64,000 nt of DNA, taken from Antedon mediterranea. Taxonomy: Eukaryota > Animalia > Echinodermata. Of the stretch, positions 1 through 13,770 are shown one piece after another; the stretch's first letter is position 1, and each line of letters opens with the position of its first letter. The position numbers and the translations under genes were made by a program. The notes below the pieces were generated by a model. The model saw only the letters and a program-made list of their open reading frames with translations, searched no databases and was not told the origin of the DNA. The DNA lies in assembly GCF_964355755.1 (NCBI RefSeq), contig NC_092680.1, positions 22,143,045 to 22,207,044 of the forward strand. The letters are read 5' to 3'.

Positions 1-3000
1 TCACCAGGAGGGGTAAGCCCATTCAATAAAGAAAACAGAAAGTACTATTCTAGAGTCCTACACAATGCTATGGTAGTATTGTACTAAATAAAAAAGCAGA
101 AAGTACAATTTACGATTTAAACAATGTGTAATTCCTTGTTCTAATGTTTAGCCTAAAAAGCAGTTACCATTGCATATTGCTGCTTTGAGGTCAACTGGAG
201 GCGTTGGGGTCATTCAATTGCTACTCAGAGTGTCTGGTAAAGAAGCTAGACTTGCAAAAGACAAGGTAGAGTATTGTCATGTTATTCTGCTGTTAAAGCT
301 TCATTTGAGTTGGCCGTAGATAAAATTTAATGTATTACTATTAATTGGCTATGTATCATAGCTATAGAAAGCATCACCGCCCACCCTTGATTTTTTTTAG
401 CCACCTGTTTTTTGTTAATATTTTTATTTCAACTGATAAAATCGTAAAAGTTGATTATTGCAAGTGTATGTACAAAAGCAATTTTATTGTATTAAATGCA
501 AATTCTTGAAGTTAAAAATGTATGTAATGATTCAAGTGCTGATGACCTATTAAAATATAGTACTTTTAAAAGCAAAAAACCCTTCCCCTGCAAATGTTTG
601 ATGCAAGCATATATTGTTTTTATAATACCAATAATGATTCTCACAGTCTTTTCAATCTAATGCTTGTAATTGTAGGATGGCCTGCTGCCTATATTTCTTG
701 CAATAGAAGCTGGCAACAGTGGAATATGTAAAGAACTTTTGCTGCATGTCAAAGATGAACAATTGAAAGCCAGAAAGGGAGAGAGTGGCGATACTTTATT
801 ACATTTAGCATGCCGTAAAAAGGATATGGATTTGATCAAGCTATTTATAGAAAATGGATCTCATATTGATGTACTCAATGTATGTTTTATTTACCTTTTT
901 GTTGTGTTAAGCTGTTTAAGATGTGCAAAATTTAGTATTATTGTTTTGTGAAAATAGTGTAATGATTAGTATAAGCGTTATCATCTTGTAAATGTATGAT
1001 ATGTTACAGGACGATGGACACACACCTTTACATCTTGCTGCCTCTTTTGGTGATGAACAAATCGTAAAATATTTCTACCAAATGAAAGCGAACCCAAATA
1101 TCTATGACAAGGTAAAGTAGTTTTAAAGTGTTTTGCTAGTATAATAATAATAATAACAGATGACACATTACAAATGTAAGCATTTTTAGTAAGACTGTGA
1201 TAGGATTGGTTTTTATATTGTAATATAATTCAAAAGAAGTATAATAATTCCTTTTGTTTGGTGGTTTTTTTTCAGCTTGACAGATCACCGTTACACATTG
1301 CAGCTGAGTTGGGTCACACAACAGTAGTTGAAATTCTTATAGATAAATTCAAAGCTTCTGTAGCTGCTAGAACCAAAGATGGCAGTACATTAATGCACAT
1401 AGCATCACAATGTGGACACCCAGAAACTGCACTTATGTTCCTTAAAAAGGGTGTGCCTCTCCACATGCCTAATAAGGTAATTCAACACTTCTAGTTCCAA
1501 AGTAATTTGATAATAAACAAATGCATTTAATGTATGTTCTCTATGTCAAGATACGTGAATATCAACATTCTTAAATTAAATGTTTAGTTGAAGAAGAAAA
1601 ACCAAAAAATGTGTGTTATTTTTTCCAACAATTAACTGAGATTGATTTAAAATATAAAACTCTTTGAATCAATATTTGGAGTAGTTAGTTTGGAAACTCT
1701 TGATTTCAACCCGTTTGCCATTTTACTAATCTGAGATGATCCCTTCTTAACATTTAAACTCTCCCTCATAAATCTTACTGGAATGCCACAGAAAACCTTA
1801 TTTTGCTGTCGAATTTACTGTGACCCAATACAACTTTTGTATTATCATGTTTACTGGAAAATACTGTTTGCTGTTTTCTAATATCACATTTATTGGAACA
1901 TGCCACTAATATTAACTGTGGAATACCGCTAAATATACTGTTACCTTATAATACTATCAGTTGGAATATCATTAAAACTACTGTTACTCATTCCTGATGT
2001 TTTATTTGTTTAGTCTGGTGCTGTTTGTCTTCATGCAGCAGCTAAAAGAGGCCATACTGCTGTCGTCAAGTCTCTTCTACAGAAAGGTGCCATGGTAGAT
2101 GCAAGGACCAAGGTCATTGAATTACTACTATTTTTTCTTATTTTATTAGTTTCTTCGTTTACTTTTACTATAGTTTCAATTTAGTTTTGATAGATTTTTT
2201 CCAATAATAATTATTTGTATATTGAATGTTTTTTACATGTTAATAATTGTTGTATTAAAACAATAGGAAAATTACACAGCCCTACACGTTGCAGTGCAAC
2301 ACTGCAAACCACTGGTTGTACAAACATTGCTAGGATATGGTGCCCAGGTGCAATTAAAAGGAGGAACCTCAATGGAAACGCCATTACATATTGCAGCTAG
2401 AATTAAAGAAGGAGAAAAAGTAGCAGAAATGTTGCTAAAGAGTGGTGCTGATGTTAATGCTATCATGGCGGTAAGTTTTCAAACTAATTATAATAATACT
2501 AGTAACAAAAAAAGAAAGACATTCGCTAAATATTGTTGTCATTTTCTACACTTATATTTGATTGTATTTTGTAGAACGGTGAAACTGCAATGCACATTGC
2601 AGCTAGGTACGGTCATTTAAAAATGATCCAAGCTTTACTAGAAGAAGGTGCAGACCCTGTTCATCAGTCTAATGTAAGTGTAACATATTAATTTTGATAG
2701 TTTTAAATTAATATTTTATATTTCCAGAAAAGTAACAACATATTTCTCTACTTTGTCTAGGTATGCTAATAATATTAAAACTTTCACATGATTAATAAAC
2801 GAATAACATTTATTTGCTTCTTATTATTGTGTATTTATTATTAAATATATTAAATACTATAATTTACTTCTACCTACCATTACGTAGGCATTAGGACCAT
2901 TAGATCTTGTGAATAAGGTAAAGTACAGACTAAAAACAGTGTAACATGTGTGATGAGTTTTATATGCAGCTTTGTGTTAATATCCTAGTATGATTTGTAT

Positions 3001-6000
3001 TTACATGTATGTTACTCCTTATAAGCTGTATGATGGTGGTGGTGATTGCACTGTCTCTGAGTGGCTGTTAAATACGAGGACACAGGTCCAAGAAAGTGTT
3101 AATAATATCACCAAGTCTATTAGCAATAAAATGTTCACTGAACTACAAAAGAATCAATATTAAAAATGACAATTTAAGCAGCATTCATGTCTATATGTTA
3201 ATATAATAACAATAATATATAATAATATATATATAATATAAACATATTTTACTAACAACTTGAACTCAATGAACGTTTACATTATTATTTATCAATCTGA
3301 TATATTTAAATGTCCATTTCAATGTAATGAAATGTCTATAGACTATAATTTGATGGTGGTTCAGTATGAATATATTGATTTTCAGTACAAGGGCACAATT
3401 AATTGCCGAGTAAATGTGGTTTAGTATATTGATCTTCCTCTATTCAAGTTAACCTAATCTACATTTTTATTTGACATATATTTTAAGTGTTAATAATATT
3501 TATTCATATTGTAAAAATAGCTTTTTTCCGTATTGATCTGTTTGCCAGTCATACAAAAGTAGCCTACTTACCCTCAACTAACAATGCTTGGACACTATGT
3601 TTTTTAAATTATTATGTAATCCCATTGTTTTGATATTTTCCATTTTGCCTTTAATATTTTATTAATGTGATTTTAGGTTTATCACTCACCAATACTAATT
3701 TGTAAATATATGTTTTGAATGAAAAGTTATTTACTATATGATCTTGTTTGCCTCCAGAGTTGTTTTATTGTGTCTGGTCATCCATTGTAAATTTTTATTT
3801 TTACTCTCTATATTCCTCCACATATTTTTATTATTATTATTTACTTATAAAACAACCAGTATTAATAATAATTAAATAATCTTATCATAGTGGAGTAATG
3901 TTGTGGCGAGAATCCTCTACATATAGCAGTACGCCATTGCAACTTTGGGAGTGTAGTAATGTTAATGTTTTTAATTGTAGAATGGCGAGAATCCTCTACA
4001 TATAGCAGTACGCCATTGTCACTATGTTATAATCAAAGAATTGTTGACTTTCCTGCGAGTAGAAAATAACCACGCTGATGCAGTTATGGTTGTTAATACA
4101 CAAAGTAATGTAAGTTACAAATAATGACTAACAATTTTCTTAAAAGTAAATTAAATTTTATGTTGGTATAACTTATTTTATTTATATTCAGTATGTTTGA
4201 GAATGCTTTCTGAAAAAGAGCATGTTTTTCTATGTATACAACAACTAAAAGTGTATGTTCTTTCACATAAAAACAGTTAAATTGAATTTAATTTGTGTTG
4301 TTATTTACATTAAAATATTAAGAATATAGAGTAAGAATTATATATTAAAATATATTATTGAATCAACGGCGGAAATTGACATTTTAAATGTATTCATTTA
4401 CTAAAAATGTTATTTTGATATTAGGAAGGTGAAACTCCTTTGCACTATTCATCAGAGATCACCAAGGAGATGACCCACTATAGCGGAGAAGATGTTGATA
4501 TTGTCAAGAAATTATTGGAGTTTGAAGCTGACCCATATGTTTCAACTAAATTGGTACAGTACATCAAATAGAATGAATTACACCGACACTTCACATCAAC
4601 AAAATAAATAATTATTATTAACAATTCACAGTTATTTCAGTTAATTTATTGTTTTATGTTTCACATAGACACAAGAGACCCCTTTGCACTACTGTGCTAG
4701 ATCAGGAAACAAGAATATACTTATGGAAATGGTAAAATATCTTGGACAAGACTCACAATTGGCACTTAATAAGCAGAGTAAGGTAGGTGCATTTTAAAAT
4801 GACACAAATGTAAGTTATGACTTATTGAGCACAATGTGTAGTAATTAAATAATTTAGTAAAAGTTAAAAGAATGTTTATTTTGTTTTAGAATGGCTGGAG
4901 TCCTTTGTTAGTTACAAGTGAACAAGGCCACGTAGAAATAGTGAAAATATTGCTTTCATATAACGCACGAGTAGATGTCTTTGACGAGGTAAGTGAACTT
5001 TAGGTATTTAATAAATAAAAATAAAATAGAAAATCATTGTTATGTTACTCTAGAGTTAATCTGCAACATATTATTATTTGCTACTGATTACTCATACCAT
5101 TTCTAATTTCTTCTAAATACACAATATGTATTGTTATTACACTTGCAGCATGGTAAAGCAGCTCTACATCTTGCTGCAGAAAATGGTCACAAAGATGTAG
5201 CAGATGTGTTGTTGTGTCATAAGGCATTTGTTAATGCAAAATCCAAGATTGGTTTAACACCTCTCCACTTAGCAGCTAGAAGTGGTCACAACGATCTTGT
5301 TAAACTACTTATTCATGACCATCATGCTTCTATTGACGCTCTTTCATTGGTAAGAGCGTTTCACTCTTGATTCGCTTATTTCAATATTATCTTAGAGTTA
5401 TCAACAAAAATCAGAATATGTTTGTCTTAATCTATGATAATGATTTTGCTATTAATAATACAGGCAAAAAAAACACCCCTTCACATGGCTGCACAATTTG
5501 GACAACTTGAAGTTTGTGAAACTCTTCTGCAACTAAAAGCAGACTCAAATGCTACAGATAATGTAAGTATATGTATTATGTTAGTGGACATTGCATGTTT
5601 ATATTAACAATGACATTTGAATTACATTTATCCATTGATTTTAACTATTTATAACATTTTGTTTTCAACATGTTGTTTTAACATTTTGTTTTATAACTTC
5701 TTTTTCCAGTAAGACATTTCTCATAGTTTAAATAAATTGATAATTCCTAAATTCTTCAGCAAAGTTACAGTAATACCAACTTCAACTAATTTCTAAATTG
5801 TGAAGCTACATAACAACACGAAAATTAAACTTTTAGAAATGAAAATTTACACCTATATATCAATTGACTACCTATATATCAATTGACTACCTATATATCA
5901 ATTGACTACCTATATATCAATTGACTACCTATATATCAATTGACTACCTATATATCAATTGACTACCTATATATCAATAAAAAAAACAAACTTGCTTAAT

Positions 6001-9000
6001 ACTAAAAAAACCTACATTGCTCTGCAGCATATTGACTTTTAAACAGACCACCTGTTAGGATTTATTAAAAGTTATAGTATTTATGGATTTTAGGTATCTG
6101 ATAAATATTATAAATATTATATATGTACATGGAAGTAAACTCCATGGTATGTATGGTATAATTATATTATACACCATAAAATTGTTTGTTTGTTATCAAA
6201 TGATTAACAAAGTTTGCAATTACCTATTGACCACCAAAGCTAATGAAACAATCAAGGACATTGGAAGCAGCTATCAGTGTAAGCATAGAGATATCATAGA
6301 GATATTATAGTCATAATATCTGTATGGTGTAAGCCATAGCTGTATTCACTTTTCTTTCCTTTGTTTGTTGATATTTCTCACCTAACCATTGCCTGATTTC
6401 ACATTTTTTCAAATAGAATTATATAATTACTGATCAGATTTTTGTTTGCACTTTCTTTTGGTGCCTCAGTTTTGGCCCAATTTTGTTGTGTATTTTCATA
6501 GCTCATGATCTGAATTACATTGAGATGTCCTCAGATCAACCCTCACCTCTACACACGCCTCTGCACATAATTTTATAAACAGTGTAGCATGGGCCAAGAC
6601 AGGAGATGCTACTCTTAGATAATTAGTTCACTTTCTTTATTTCACTCTTGACTACCCTGTCTTTTATATTTTTGCTCACAATATTTTCACATTTACCTCT
6701 AAATCACATTGCCTGTCATGCATGAAAAATAAAATGTATAAGAAAAAGACATTTAATGCCAAATTACAATTAAGCATTGTTGATTTGAACATTATTCATA
6801 CAAAATAAGTCAGTTGTTTATTATACAATAACTGTTATGTTGTGTGTGACTCAGCTTTGTCAACATTGAATACCGTGTCTACAACTATTTAATATCATTA
6901 AGTGTGTTTTTCTTTATAAAGATAATATTTTATATTATTCATTTTGCATTTAAAAGAAGTATCATTACATTACATTGCATATAGAGCACTTAGAATAATA
7001 ACTCATTCATGTTTAATTGATCACCATTTCACAGACTATCAAATGTTTAGATTCTGTAAGTTGAAATCTTTCTTCAATTGTATTGTTTATTCAATTAGCC
7101 TGCTAACTATATGCTGCTTCATTCTTGTATTCATATCTTTCCATACATATGTGATTTTTTATACTTTTTCCTTTGAAAAGATTGTTCTATCCCCAGTGTT
7201 TTAAGCTGAGTATGTATCTTACTGCTGCTGTGTCCCATCTTGATTAGTGATGATGATTTTTTTTAAATTGTTATACTGTCTGGCTAATTGCTTGGTACAG
7301 TATACAGTACAATTACATAATTAATTATAAATGTTGCATATAAAATAATGTGAATTCATTAGCATAAATTAAATGTTGCTTTAGAAATCAATTAATATTG
7401 CATTATTAAATGTCCCCACCCATTTTGAGCCTCTGAAGGACAGTGCCATTTCATAACATCAGATTTCTCTCTCTTTTGGTTGCTTGTCATGAAACAATGC
7501 AATATTAGTTTTATGCTTAAAGGAATTTTGTTTTGTCCTTTATTAAGCCCTTGTAGTCTTTTTCCTGAGATACAGGTAGGTATCTCACTCATAGACTACC
7601 AACACCACTGTTGGTTTGTGTATATCTCTCACTGTCTTGAGTGTTGTCTACTTAAGGCTGCAGGTAAAGTATCTACAGTAAACTTACAATGGAACTGAAG
7701 AGACTTAAGTATGAGCAGTGCTGTCTACTCTACTTTTTAATGTATCTACAGTGCAATGACTATAGAGACTTAACTTTGAGAATTGGTATGCTCTCTCCCA
7801 GAGTGATGTCTAATAAATGTTGTGTTTTTAATGTATCTACAGTTCAATGAATATGAATGTAAAAATACAAATATTGTGTCATGATACTTTATTTAGTTTA
7901 CTGATTGGTTTACTACTATAAATACAGTATTAACAGATCCTATGTTGTCTGTTTCAGCATGGGCAAACACCTTTACATTTAGCTGCAGAGAATGATCATG
8001 CAGAGATTGTCAAATTGTTCTTGCAACATAAACCTGACCTTGTTACCATGGCAAATGCAGTAAGTAAATCACTATATGTCTATTTTCTGAGATTCCTACC
8101 AGATACTATAATTGACATTGTTTTCAATATGGACATCCTTCAAAAGGAAAATGGAATTATCCAGGCGGACCATACGTCTCATGGATGTTGGTTTGTGTAA
8201 TCATTTCAGAGATTCATGCTACATAGGTTTTGAACACTCTGTAGTTTGTTTGCTTTGATTATAATTATTATTATAATCAAAGCAAACAAACTACAGAGTG
8301 TTCAAAACCTATGTAGCATGAATCTTTGAAATGATTACACAAACCAAATATATGATATTTTGTTTTGAATACAGGATGGATCTACCTGTGCACATATTGC
8401 CGCTGCTAAAGGAAGTGTTGCCGTCACCAAAGAACTCTTGCGTTTCAATAAAGCTGGTGTGTGTGGTGCAAGAAATAAGGTAATATTATTAAATTCAATT
8501 TAAAACTTGTAAATAATTGTACATTAGAATGCAGTCTAATCACTATCATTAAAATTAAGCCAATTGTTGTCCTTGGATTAGTATGGGTGTCTAGCCTACT
8601 GCAGCCATTGAGTGTGAATGTGTATTCTTATATTATGAAATCCTTTTTACAGACAAATGATTCAACAGCTTTACACCTTGCAGCAGAAGGTGGTCATACA
8701 GAGGTTGTGTCTGTGTTGTTGGATGCAGGAGCATTACCCAATGAAGAAAATGCTGTCAGTCAATTTGTCTTTTCTTTATTTCAATTTTTAAAAGTCATTT
8801 GTTTCTTGTTATTTACTACCTGTAAACCTATAACCTGTAGTTATCCCTGCAGAATAGTATGCATAATAACTATTACTACAGTATTCGGGAACTTTCAATT
8901 TTCAAATACTGACTAGGATTGACACATTGATGTGTCGTTTTGGCATCTGTACCTGGAATTCATGTGTTAAAGAAGTAGAGTGAGGAAGCAAATACTTGTT

Positions 9001-12000
9001 CCTTGGTTGTCTCAAATTATAATGATATAGTTGTTTGGGTCATTTATTTACAATAGCATATTGTATGCCTTACATAAATTTGATTATTTGTTTTCTCATA
9101 ATTGATAATAATGTTATTGTTGTTACTAACCAGGATGGCATGACAGCAATTCACCTAGCTGCTAAATCTGGTCATGTTAAAGTTCTTGATGCTCTCAAGA
9201 ATCGTATAGACTTCAAGAGCCCAAGCAGGATGACGGGTTTAGGAGCATTACACATCTCAGCTCAGTATGGACAGGTTGACTTTGTTCGTGAATTATTACA
9301 GAAGGTTCCTGCAACAATTAAAAGTGAGGCTCCCTCTGGAGCTCTGAACAAAGATATGCCTCTAAGTGATGTGAGTAACTTTTTAAGATTAATGAATATA
9401 TCCATTTTAAAAATAATGTATTATTTAACTACAGTGTTATTTTGTGGCTGAATGGTTACTATTTTCTCCAGACTTTTGATATACTTGAATGATTTGTATT
9501 AATTTTCTGTTATTAATATATTAGTATTCTTGTATTGATGTTTGTTGTAATCTTCTTTTTAGAGTGGATTAACATTGTTACATTTGGCATGTTATTAATA
9601 TATTAGTATCCTTGTATTGATGTTTGTTGTAATCTTCTTTTTAGAGTGGATTAACATTGTTACATTTGGCATGTTATTAATATATTAGTATCCTTGTATT
9701 GATGTTTGTTGTAATCTTCTTTTTAGAGTGGATTAACATTGTTACATTTGGCATGTTATTAATATATTAGTATCCTTGTATTGATGTTTGTTGTAATCTT
9801 CTTTTTAGAGTGGATTAACACCGTTACATTTGGCATGTTATTAATATATTAGTATCCTTGTATTGATGTTTGTTGTAATCTTCTTTTAGAGTGGATTAAC
9901 ATTGTTACATTTGGCATGTTATTAATATATTAGTATCCTTGTATTGATGTTTGTTGTAATCTTCTTTTTAGAGTGGATTAACATTGTTACATTTGGCATG
10001 TTATTAATATATTAGTATCCTTGTATTGATGTTTGTTGTAATCTTCTTTTTAGAGTGGATTAACATTGTTACATTTGGCATGTTATTAATATATTAGTAT
10101 CCTTGTATTGATGTTTGTTGTAATCTTCTTTTTAGAGTGGATTAACATTGTTACATTTGGCATGTTATTAATATATTAGTATCCTTGTATTGATGTTTGT
10201 TGTAATCTTCTTTTTAGAGTGGATTAACATTGTTACATTTGGCATGTTATTAATATATTAGTATCCTTGTATTGATGTTTTTTTAATCTTCTTTTTAGAG
10301 TGGATTAACACCGTTACATTTGGCATCGTTTTCTGGTCATGAGGGTGTAGTTCGTCTCTTATTGAATTCACCTAATGTTCAGCCTGACACTCCAACATAT
10401 AATACAGTAAGTACCTAGCTAATTTGCTATTCTCATAGATAGATACTGTAGTATAAGTAATCCATTATGTAGGGGTCCTGACTAATTTGCCTTCTTATTC
10501 CATGATACATCAGTAAGTTGTTGTTTTTTTTCTAGGGAATTATTCCTCTGCATTTAGCTTCACAAAGTGGCCATCTTGCAGTTGCAGGGCTCTTACTAAG
10601 CAAGTCTACAAACCAACTTCACATAAAAGATAAGAAAGGTCGAACATGCTTGCACATAGCAGCTTCCAATGGACATTATGAGATGGTGGCACTTCTGTTG
10701 GGTCAGGGGTCAGATATCAATACATGTGATAAGGTATTAAGTTTTGATTAATTTCTTAAAACTAAATCTTATCACCTTTTGTCAATGATGATTGTTTATC
10801 TTGTTTTTGTTGGCAATAAAGTAAAGTAAAACGTGTATACATTAATGTTAATAATGTTACTTGGTATTTGTGATAAACTATACATTTTAAATCCATTGAA
10901 AGTGTTTTGTGCTTTTATATTAGAATGGCTTGACTGCTCTACACTATGCATCAAAAGTTGGTTTCTTAAAGGTTGTTAAGTTACTTGTTGAAAGCGGTGC
11001 ATCTCCTAAGTTTGAGTCTAAGGTAAATATAATGACTACAGCTTTTAATGTTCACTTGCCTTAATTACATGTAAAAAGTTTCAGGTGATTTCTTAAGCAA
11101 TAATTCATATTTCAATCCAGACAATCAAGTTGACGGTAAAATATTGCAAAATAATTGGAACTGTAAATTGCATGTACATAATTTTTTGACTCATTTTGTG
11201 CAAACATAGTAATAAGAAGTATCAACAAAATAACATATTTATACTGTATTTAGATAAAAATACACTATTTCCTGAATAATCCAATTCCAATCCAATTATT
11301 GTATTAATATGATTTCTTTTTATGCATTTGTTTTAGGATGGCAAAGTACCCATTTGCTATGCTGCAACTGCTCAGCATTACGATGTTTTGAGTTACTTGA
11401 TGAAAAAAGATTTTAACTCACAGAATCTAATGGATGACAAAAAGGTACAGTTCACCTAAGCTAATAAATGTTTTCCATGTAAACGTTAAACGGTCATTTT
11501 ACAAATAAATGTATACATTATACAGTATTCAATAATAGTATTTTTAAAATAGTGTAAATAGTATGCATTGAACTATTTTCAGTTTGTTTTTGATCTGATG
11601 GTATGTGGACGCTACACTCAAAATTCATCAATTCAAGAGTTTGTCCTTCGTTCCCCATCTCCAATTGAAATAGCAGTTCGGCTGTCTCAAATCTTTGTTC
11701 AACTTTCTGCAAAAGAAAAAGAACGAACAAAAGATATCCTGGCAGCGGCTGCTTTCTGTGAAGAGATTGCGGTTGATTTGCTGTCGGTTACGACATCGCT
11801 TAAAAGTCCTGGTCAATTACTTCATTCCACTGATAATCGTGGAATGCCATTCTTGGATGTTTTGATAGAGTGCGAGCAGAAAGAGGTCATTTCACATCCA
11901 TCAGTTCAACGTTATTTATCTGTCATTTGGATGGGTGGACTTGAATGGGCAAGTTGGAAAATTATTCTACTCTTCTTTACGTTCATCTTTCTTCCTCCAG

Positions 12001-13770
12001 TCTGGATTGTGTTTTCTTTGCCTCTAAAACAGCGTTTTAATCGTCTACCAATAATTAAGTACATGTCATACTTGGTTTCGCATATTTTCTTAATTGTTTT
12101 ACTTGTTCTGACAACAGTTTATACAAAACATATTGAGTGTTTTATTGAGAATCCAACATTTGTACCGCGTTGGTATGAATGGTTACTTTTAGCATGGTTT
12201 TCAGGACTATTGATGTCGGAAATCACAAATCCTGGAGATCGGCAAGGATTGGGTTGGATACGTGTCATCATTTTGATCATAGCTGCTATTGGTTCAACGG
12301 TTCATCTTGCTATTTTCCCTGTTAAGGACGATAACACAAAACGAGAAATATTTTATGCTCGTAATCAGCTGTATGCTTGGTGTTTATTGCTATCTTTTGC
12401 TCAACTTCTTGAATTTCTCTCTGTACACCATTTATTTGGACCATGGGGAATTATCATAAGAGATTTGATGATGGATTTAGTGAAATTCATGGTAATCTTA
12501 TGCATCTTTCTTTTTGGATTCATGTTCCACCTTGCAGCTGTATATCAACCAGTTTATACTGACCAAAAAAGTGAATATGGTTCTGTATCGGATGCCCGTA
12601 ATCTGCTAGATATTTTGGAAATATTATTCTTTGCTGTTTTTGGATTAGTTGAACCAGATTCACTGCCTCCAGTCACCAGAAATCCAGATTTTACATTGAC
12701 TCTCACAAAAATTGTTTTTGGAACATACTTAATTGTGACTCTAATCGTCCTGATTAATCTACTTATTGCTATGATGAGTGACACGTATCAACGTATACAG
12801 GCACAATCAGACACTGAGTGGAAATTTGCTAGAGCTAAATTGATTCGTAAGATGAATAAAACGTTTGCCACACCTGCTCCTCTAAATCTGTTTACTAAAG
12901 TGATAACGTATGGAAAGCTTATGATAAGACATAAAGGTAACGTCTTTATTCTTAATTTCACAAAATATTTTGATAATACTTTAGGCAAAACACATTTTTA
13001 ATCGCGTGCACGCGACTCTACAGCTCACTATGACGGTCGGTCAGTTGTGAGCACGCATCTATATGGCCTTGTTTATGAATGATACCTTGTCATTAAGTAG
13101 TAACCATATTGTATATATATCCACTAATATTGTAATACTTTTATTTTAGGTAAAATCTGTGGCCCTCAAGCACAGGCCCACTTTCAAGATGAGGAGCATG
13201 ATTTTGATGATAACATGTCAGATACACGTTCAATTGATCACACAACTCATCAAGGACAAAATAATCGAGGTATTGGTGGATTTTTTCGTAAAGTTAGACG
13301 CAGTCCTCAAGTGGTTCCAGATCGAGGTAGGCTAAAGTCATTACATAAAATTACTCCTGTCGGGTTATTGGTAATATCATTCACTTGGCTGAAATACTAT
13401 TTAAGGGAAATATATCACGATAAAAATGATTTTTCACTAATATTGTATTTTTATCAAGTGGTTCCAGATCGAGGTAGGCTAAAGTCATTACATACAATTA
13501 CTCATGTCGGTTATTGGTAATATCATTGCATTGGCTGAAATACTATTTAAGGGAAATACCTCATTGATTTTGAAATATATGATAAAAATGATATTTTCAC
13601 TAATATTGTATTTGTTAGCACATATTCCAGTGCAGCACTCTGGACCAAAACGGATAGAAGAAGTGATAGACTGGCACATGGTTGTCAAACGCTATCGTGC
13701 AATTAAAGGAATTGAAGAAGAAGACCAGAAGAGTAATGATAATGAAGATGATACAAACACCAACAATTGA
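1..13770 (+). CDS. TRPN1: TRPN1/NompC mechanosensitive TRP channel, 5'-truncated, multi-exon
   Basis: GT-AG exons read by eye: <1-12, 152-265, 676-879, 1010-1111, 1276-1476, 2014-2112, 2267-2470, 2575-2673, 3981-4109, 4425-4553, 4669-4782, 4890-4988, 5149-5349, 5464-5562, 7958-8059, 8375-8479, 8653-8754, 9134-9370, 10299-10406, 10536-10733, 10924-11022, 11337-11444, 11583-12936, 13150-13326, 13619-13770. More than 20 ankyrin repeats (TPLHxA), including NompC-typical [41 protein letters not shown]6/TRP box [28 protein letters not shown]. Confidence 0.95.
5851..5977. repeat. 19-bp minisatellite (acctatatatcaattgact), about 6.5 copies
   Basis: Direct tandem copies visible in a TRPN1 intron. Confidence 0.9.
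6121..6153. mobile_element. 19-bp CATGGA..TCCATG hairpin with 7-bp target duplication (probable P-superfamily footprint)
   Basis: atatgta-catggaagtaaactccatg-gtatgta (1 mismatch between the flanking copies). Confidence 0.5.
6277..6333. mobile_element. 43-bp CATAGAG..ATG hairpin with 7-bp target duplication (probable P-superfamily footprint)
   Basis: gtgtaag-catagagatat catagagatattat agtc ataatatctgtatg-gtgtaag. Confidence 0.6.
8188..8348. repeat. Near-perfect palindrome, about 78-bp arms, intronic
   Basis: ttggtttgtgtaatcatttc...tttgattataat / attataatcaaa...gaaatgattacacaaaccaa are reverse complements. Confidence 0.92.
9508..10326 (+). repeat. 82-bp tandem array, 10 copies, made of intron 3' end + acceptor + start of TRPN1 exon 10299
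   Basis: Unit tgttattaatatattagtatccttgtattgatgtttgttgtaatcttctttttag|agtggattaacattgttacatttggca. The last copy continues into the coding exon [14 protein letters not shown]. Confidence 0.95.
11583..12936 (+). CDS. TRPN1: TRPN1 large exon encoding linker, S1-S6, pore and TRP box
   Basis: ORF 11568-13001. Hydrophobic helices, [22 protein letters not shown] pore helix, EWKFAR TRP box. Acceptor tttcag at 11582, donor ag|gtaac at 12937. Confidence 0.95.
12996..13073 (+). mobile_element. Short Helentron/HINE(DINE-1)-like remnant
   Basis: tttt-aatcgcgtgcacgcgactcta-cagctcactatgacggtcggtc...ggccttgttt. The same head occurs at about 18146 and partially at about 41430. Confidence 0.45.
13307..13612 (+). 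repeat. Two-copy duplication (about 147 bp) of exon end + last TRPN1 intron
   Basis: tcaagtggttccagatcgag|gtaggctaaagtcattacat... occurs at 13307 and at 13454. Confidence 0.9.
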
